Positions 61,531 through 64,000 of a stretch of DNA of 64,000 nt are shown piece after piece. Each line of letters starts with the position of its first letter. Within the stretch, counting starts at the first letter, position 1. The position numbers and the translations under genes are program-made. The stretch comes from an uncultured Planctomycetales bacterium (GTDB taxonomy: Bacteria; Omnitrophota; Gorgyraeia; Gygaellales; Profunditerraquicolaceae), in contig CAYXSY010000005.1 in the NCBI GenBank assembly GCA_964467905.1, positions 9,800-73,799 of the forward strand, read 5' to 3'. The notes beneath the pieces were generated by a model. That model saw only the letters and a list, made by a program, of their open reading frames with translations, was not told where the DNA came from and made no database searches.

Positions 61531-62733
61531 ATGAGAACAATCAAAGAGATAAATCAAAAGATAAAAAAGGGCGAAGCAGTAGTTGTTACTGCCGAAGAGA
61601 TTATTGATTTAGTAGATAAGAAGGGGATTAAGAAAGCGGCAGAAGAAGTTGACGTAGTTACAACCGGGACCTTTGGCCCGATGTGTTCATCAGGTGCCTA
61701 CTTTAATATAGGTCATTCCAAGCCGCGCATAAAATTAGGAGGCGGTGTTTGTAAGTTAAATGATATCCCTGTCTACACCGGGTTTGCCGCTGTGGATATT
61801 TATCTGGGTGCTACAGCTATGCCGGATGATGATCCGCGTAATAAAGTCTTTCCCGGAGAGTTCAAATACGGCGGTGCGCATGTAATTCAGGATTTGGTTG
61901 CCGGACGTGATGTTCGCCTTGAGGCAACGGCTTATGGTACGGATTGTTATCCACGCAAAAAATTAGATACCTATATTAATATAAAGGATCTTAATGAGGC
62001 GGTGCTTTTTAATATCCGTAACTGCTATCAGAATTATAACGTAGCGGTAAATCTTTCAGACAAGATTATCTATACTTATATGGGCACATTAAAGCCGAAT
62101 TTAGGCAATGCTAATTATTGTTCGGCGGGGCAACTTTCCCCGCTTTTAAAGGACCCATGCTATAAGACTATCGGTATCGGCACTAAGATATTCTTAGGAG
62201 GCGGTATTGGTTATGTGGCTTGGCAGGGAACCCAGCACAATCCTTCTGTAAAAAGAAAGGATAACGGTATACCTCAGGCACCGGCTGGTACTTTAGCTGT
62301 AATCGGAGATTTAAAACAGATGAAAGCCGAATGGCTGCGTGGGGTGAGTATGACTGGATACGGGGTAACTTTAACCGTAGGGATAGGAGTGCCTATTCCT
62401 ATTTTAAATGAGGAAATCTTAAAGTTTGCCGCGGCCAAGGATAAAGAGATTTTTACCCAGATTGTTGATTATAGTAGTGATTATCCGAATATGATTTCCC
62501 GCAGCCTCGGAGAAGTTAGCTACGCAGATTTAAAATCAGGCAAGATTAAAGTTGAAGGTAAGGATGTGCCAACAGGAAATCTCTCAAGTTATTCTAAGGC
62601 GCGCGAGATTGCCGAAGAGTTAAAGTATTGGATTAAAAAAGGTGATTTTTCGCTGACCGAAGCCGTTGCGCCTTTGCCGGGTCCAGAATCAGGATATTCT
62701 TTTAAGGCACTTAAAGAAAGGCCGATAGTTTAA
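61531..62733 (+). CDS. COG1900/DUF39 homocysteine biosynthesis protein (sulfide-dependent, methanogen type)
   Basis: The N-terminus is MRTIKEINQKIKKGEAVVVTAEEI...VDVVTTGTFGPMCSSGA. The protein is about 400 aa and is followed by a NIL-ferredoxin gene, the pairing known from methanogens. Confidence 0.7.
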   Translation: MRTIKEINQKIKKGEAVVVTAEEIIDLVDKKGIKKAAEEVDVVTTGTFGPMCSSGAYFNIGHSKPRIKLGGGVCKLNDIPVYTGFAAVDIYLGATAMPDDDPRNKVFPGEFKYGGAHVIQDLVAGRDVRLEATAYGTDCYPRKKLDTYINIKDLNEAVLFNIRNCYQNYNVAVNLSDKIIYTYMGTLKPNLGNANYCSAGQLSPLLKDPCYKTIGIGTKIFLGGGIGYVAWQGTQHNPSVKRKDNGIPQAPAGTLAVIGDLKQMKAEWLRGVSMTGYGVTLTVGIGVPIPILNEEILKFAAAKDKEIFTQIVDYSSDYPNMISRSLGEVSYADLKSGKIKVEGKDVPTGNLSSYSKAREIAEELKYWIKKGDFSLTEAVAPLPGPESGYSFKALKERPIV

Positions 62734-62756
62734 GTTAAGAACAAAGGGGAGATAAA

Positions 62757-63164
62757 ATGATTTCTAAAAAAATAGTCCTGCATTTCCCGCATCGCTTAGT
62801 CGATCAGCCGATCGTATATAAGCTGGTCAAGGATTTTGATTTAAAATTCAATATCCTCAAGGCTTATGTAACGCCTCAGGAAGAAGGGCTGATGGTGCTA
62901 GAGCTAAGCGGCAAGAAGGAAGAATTCGAGAAAGGCATGCAATATTTAGAGTCTTGCGGGGTGAGGATTCAACCTTTAAGCCAGGATGTAATACGTAATG
63001 AGGCTAAGTGTACCGATTGCGGAGTTTGTGTGCCGATTTGTCCGACTGGGGCGTTAGTAGTTGATCCCTTAACGCGCAAGGTACATTTCTACGATAATAA
63101 ATGTATTGCCTGCGAGCTTTGTGTAAAAGTTTGCCCTACCCAGGCCATGGAAGTGCATTTTTAG
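62757..63164 (+). CDS. NIL domain + 2x[4Fe-4S] ferredoxin protein (partner of COG1900)
   Basis: The N-terminal NIL-like block is LHFPHRLVDQPIVYKLVKDFDLKFNILKAYV. The ferredoxin motifs are CTDCGVCVPICP and CIACELCVKVCP. Confidence 0.75.
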   Translation: MISKKIVLHFPHRLVDQPIVYKLVKDFDLKFNILKAYVTPQEEGLMVLELSGKKEEFEKGMQYLESCGVRIQPLSQDVIRNEAKCTDCGVCVPICPTGALVVDPLTRKVHFYDNKCIACELCVKVCPTQAMEVHF

Positions 63165-63179
63165 ATAGATGATATCCGG

Positions 63180-63965
63180 ATGAGCAAATTAGATAAACTG
63201 AAGAAGATATTAAAGGGCATGGGTTCCGTGCTTATCGCTTATTCGGGAGGGGTAGACAGCACTTTTTTATTAAAAGTAGCTTTTGATGTTTTAGGCAATA
63301 GAGCACTGGCAGTTACCGCAAAATCACCTACCTATCCGCAAGAAGAATTAGATTCAGCCATAAAAATAGCAGCCGCTATCGGCAGCAGGCATATTTTGGT
63401 TAGAACGAATGAATTCTCCGATAACAAATTCCTTGTTAATTCATCGCAAAGGTGTTATTTTTGTAAGAAAGGGCTTTTTGCTATCTTAAAAAAGATAGCA
63501 ATGGAAAAAGGCTTTCGCTACATTGTCGAAGGAAGCACATTGTCGGATACAAAAGATTTCCGCCCCGGTAATAGGGCAAAAAAGGAATTTAAAATCCGCT
63601 CTCCTTTGGTGGAAGCCGGTTTTACCAAGCCGGATGTGCGCAGGGCAAGCAAAGCCATAGGATTAGATACCTGGAATAAGCCGCCCCTGGCTTGTTTAGC
63701 ATCTAGAATCCCCTACGGCAGGAAAATAACAGTATCTTTACTGAAAAAAATAGAAAAAGGTGAGTCATCCTTAAGAAGTATTGGTTTTTCTCAAATACGT
63801 TTGCGTAGCTACGATGATATATGCCGTATAGAAGTGGATAAAAAAGAGCTTACAAAAGTTATACATAAGCGCAAAGCAATAGTTTCTGAATTGAAAAAAA
63901 TAGGCTATAAATATATAACCGTTGATTTAGAGGGGTATCGCACAGGGAGCATGAATTTAGCTTAA
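63180..63965 (+). CDS. larE: LarE-family PP-loop ATP-dependent sulfurtransferase, three-Cys (Fe-S cluster) subtype
   Basis: The PP-loop is AYSGGVDSTFLL. The motifs RCYFCKK and PLACLASRIPYG supply CxxC plus a third Cys. Confidence 0.7.
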   Translation: MSKLDKLKKILKGMGSVLIAYSGGVDSTFLLKVAFDVLGNRALAVTAKSPTYPQEELDSAIKIAAAIGSRHILVRTNEFSDNKFLVNSSQRCYFCKKGLFAILKKIAMEKGFRYIVEGSTLSDTKDFRPGNRAKKEFKIRSPLVEAGFTKPDVRRASKAIGLDTWNKPPLACLASRIPYGRKITVSLLKKIEKGESSLRSIGFSQIRLRSYDDICRIEVDKKELTKVIHKRKAIVSELKKIGYKYITVDLEGYRTGSMNLA

Positions 63966-63967
63966 CT

Positions 63968-64000
63968 ATGCAGGATAAAATTATTTCTTTTCTTAAAGGC
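63968..64000 (+). CDS. 3'-truncated ORF of unknown identity (MQDKIISFLKG...)
   Basis: An ATG lies 2 nt after the larE-like stop, and the frame runs open to the window edge. The fragment is too short to identify. If the LarE call is right, a LarB-like gene would be expected here, but that is speculation. Confidence 0.3.
   Translation, partial: MQDKIISFLKG

Noticed and set aside
1-64000. Search for tRNA or rRNA genes, prophage, transposon, toxin-antitoxin or known defence systems
   Set aside because: No intergenic gap other than 35168-35622 and 50372-50666 is long enough, and both of those are accounted for. No ORF resembles an integrase, transposase, reverse transcriptase, nuclease-helicase defence protein or small TA pair. 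I cannot formally exclude tRNAs without running tRNAscan-SE.

Overview
The window is densely coding (about 95%) and almost entirely plus-strand. It looks AT-rich by eye, roughly 40% GC. I saw no rRNA, tRNA, CRISPR array, transposase, integrase or recognisable defence genes. The gene content points to an anaerobic diderm bacterium. Envelope markers are BamD, LptE, an LpxL-type acyltransferase, Lnt, MurJ and a TolC-like OMP. Anaerobe markers are rubredoxin, superoxide reductase, flavodiiron protein, rubrerythrin-like protein, hybrid-cluster protein and 2-oxoacid:ferredoxin oxidoreductase. An uncultured, streamlined lineage such as Omnitrophota is only a guess.

Layout:
- 0-3.9 kb: exported LamG protein, a protein with about 50 cysteines in repeats, and a DsbA-like protein with a CPFS site.
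- 3.9-21 kb: housekeeping genes (bamD-lptE-holA, rpsT, murJ, compact uvrC, ogt-like, pilT, prfB, secA, lnt and others).
- 21-35 kb: transporters (BioY, two ArsB/NhaD-type permeases, ZIP, FeoAB, a YHS-permease), a CsgG-like lipoprotein pair, a PP-loop enzyme, an orphan AmmeMemoRadiSam-type radical SAM enzyme, and pncA overlapping thi4.
- 35.6-47.9 kb: a redox-stress island (Rrf2, ferredoxin, Zn-ribbon, hcp, ferritin-VIT1, korAB, rubredoxin, a Tpx-PCD fusion, FNR-like reductase, FDP, SOR, PNPOx-like, rubrerythrin-like, Grx-like, TrxR).
- 48-53 kb: trpB2, GDT1, mazG, yunC, a TPP riboswitch driving a second thi4, and nifS-nifU.
- 53.4-59.8 kb: csoR with TolC-CusB-CusA and a YHS protein.
- 59.8-64 kb: Rrf2, cysK, nfu, COG1900, NIL-ferredoxin and a larE-like gene.

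Corrections to the ORF track:
- prfB needs the classic +1 frameshift, which the track misses.
- A 52-aa rubredoxin and several small ORFs fall below the track's length cutoff.
- Several track starts lie inside promoters or the riboswitch and are moved downstream.

The best candidates for something undescribed are all hypotheses from sequence reading only:
1. The LamG / cysteine-repeat / monothiol-DsbA module.
2. The rubredoxin / Tpx-PCD fusion / FNR-like trio at the head of the O2-detoxification island.
3. A family of heptamer-built inverted-repeat intergenic elements.
4. Small ORFs driven by G-run Shine-Dalgarno sequences, in the hcp-operon leader and upstream of korA.
5. An archaeal-type, sulfide-dependent sulfur-assimilation cluster ending in an Fe-S-type LarE homologue.
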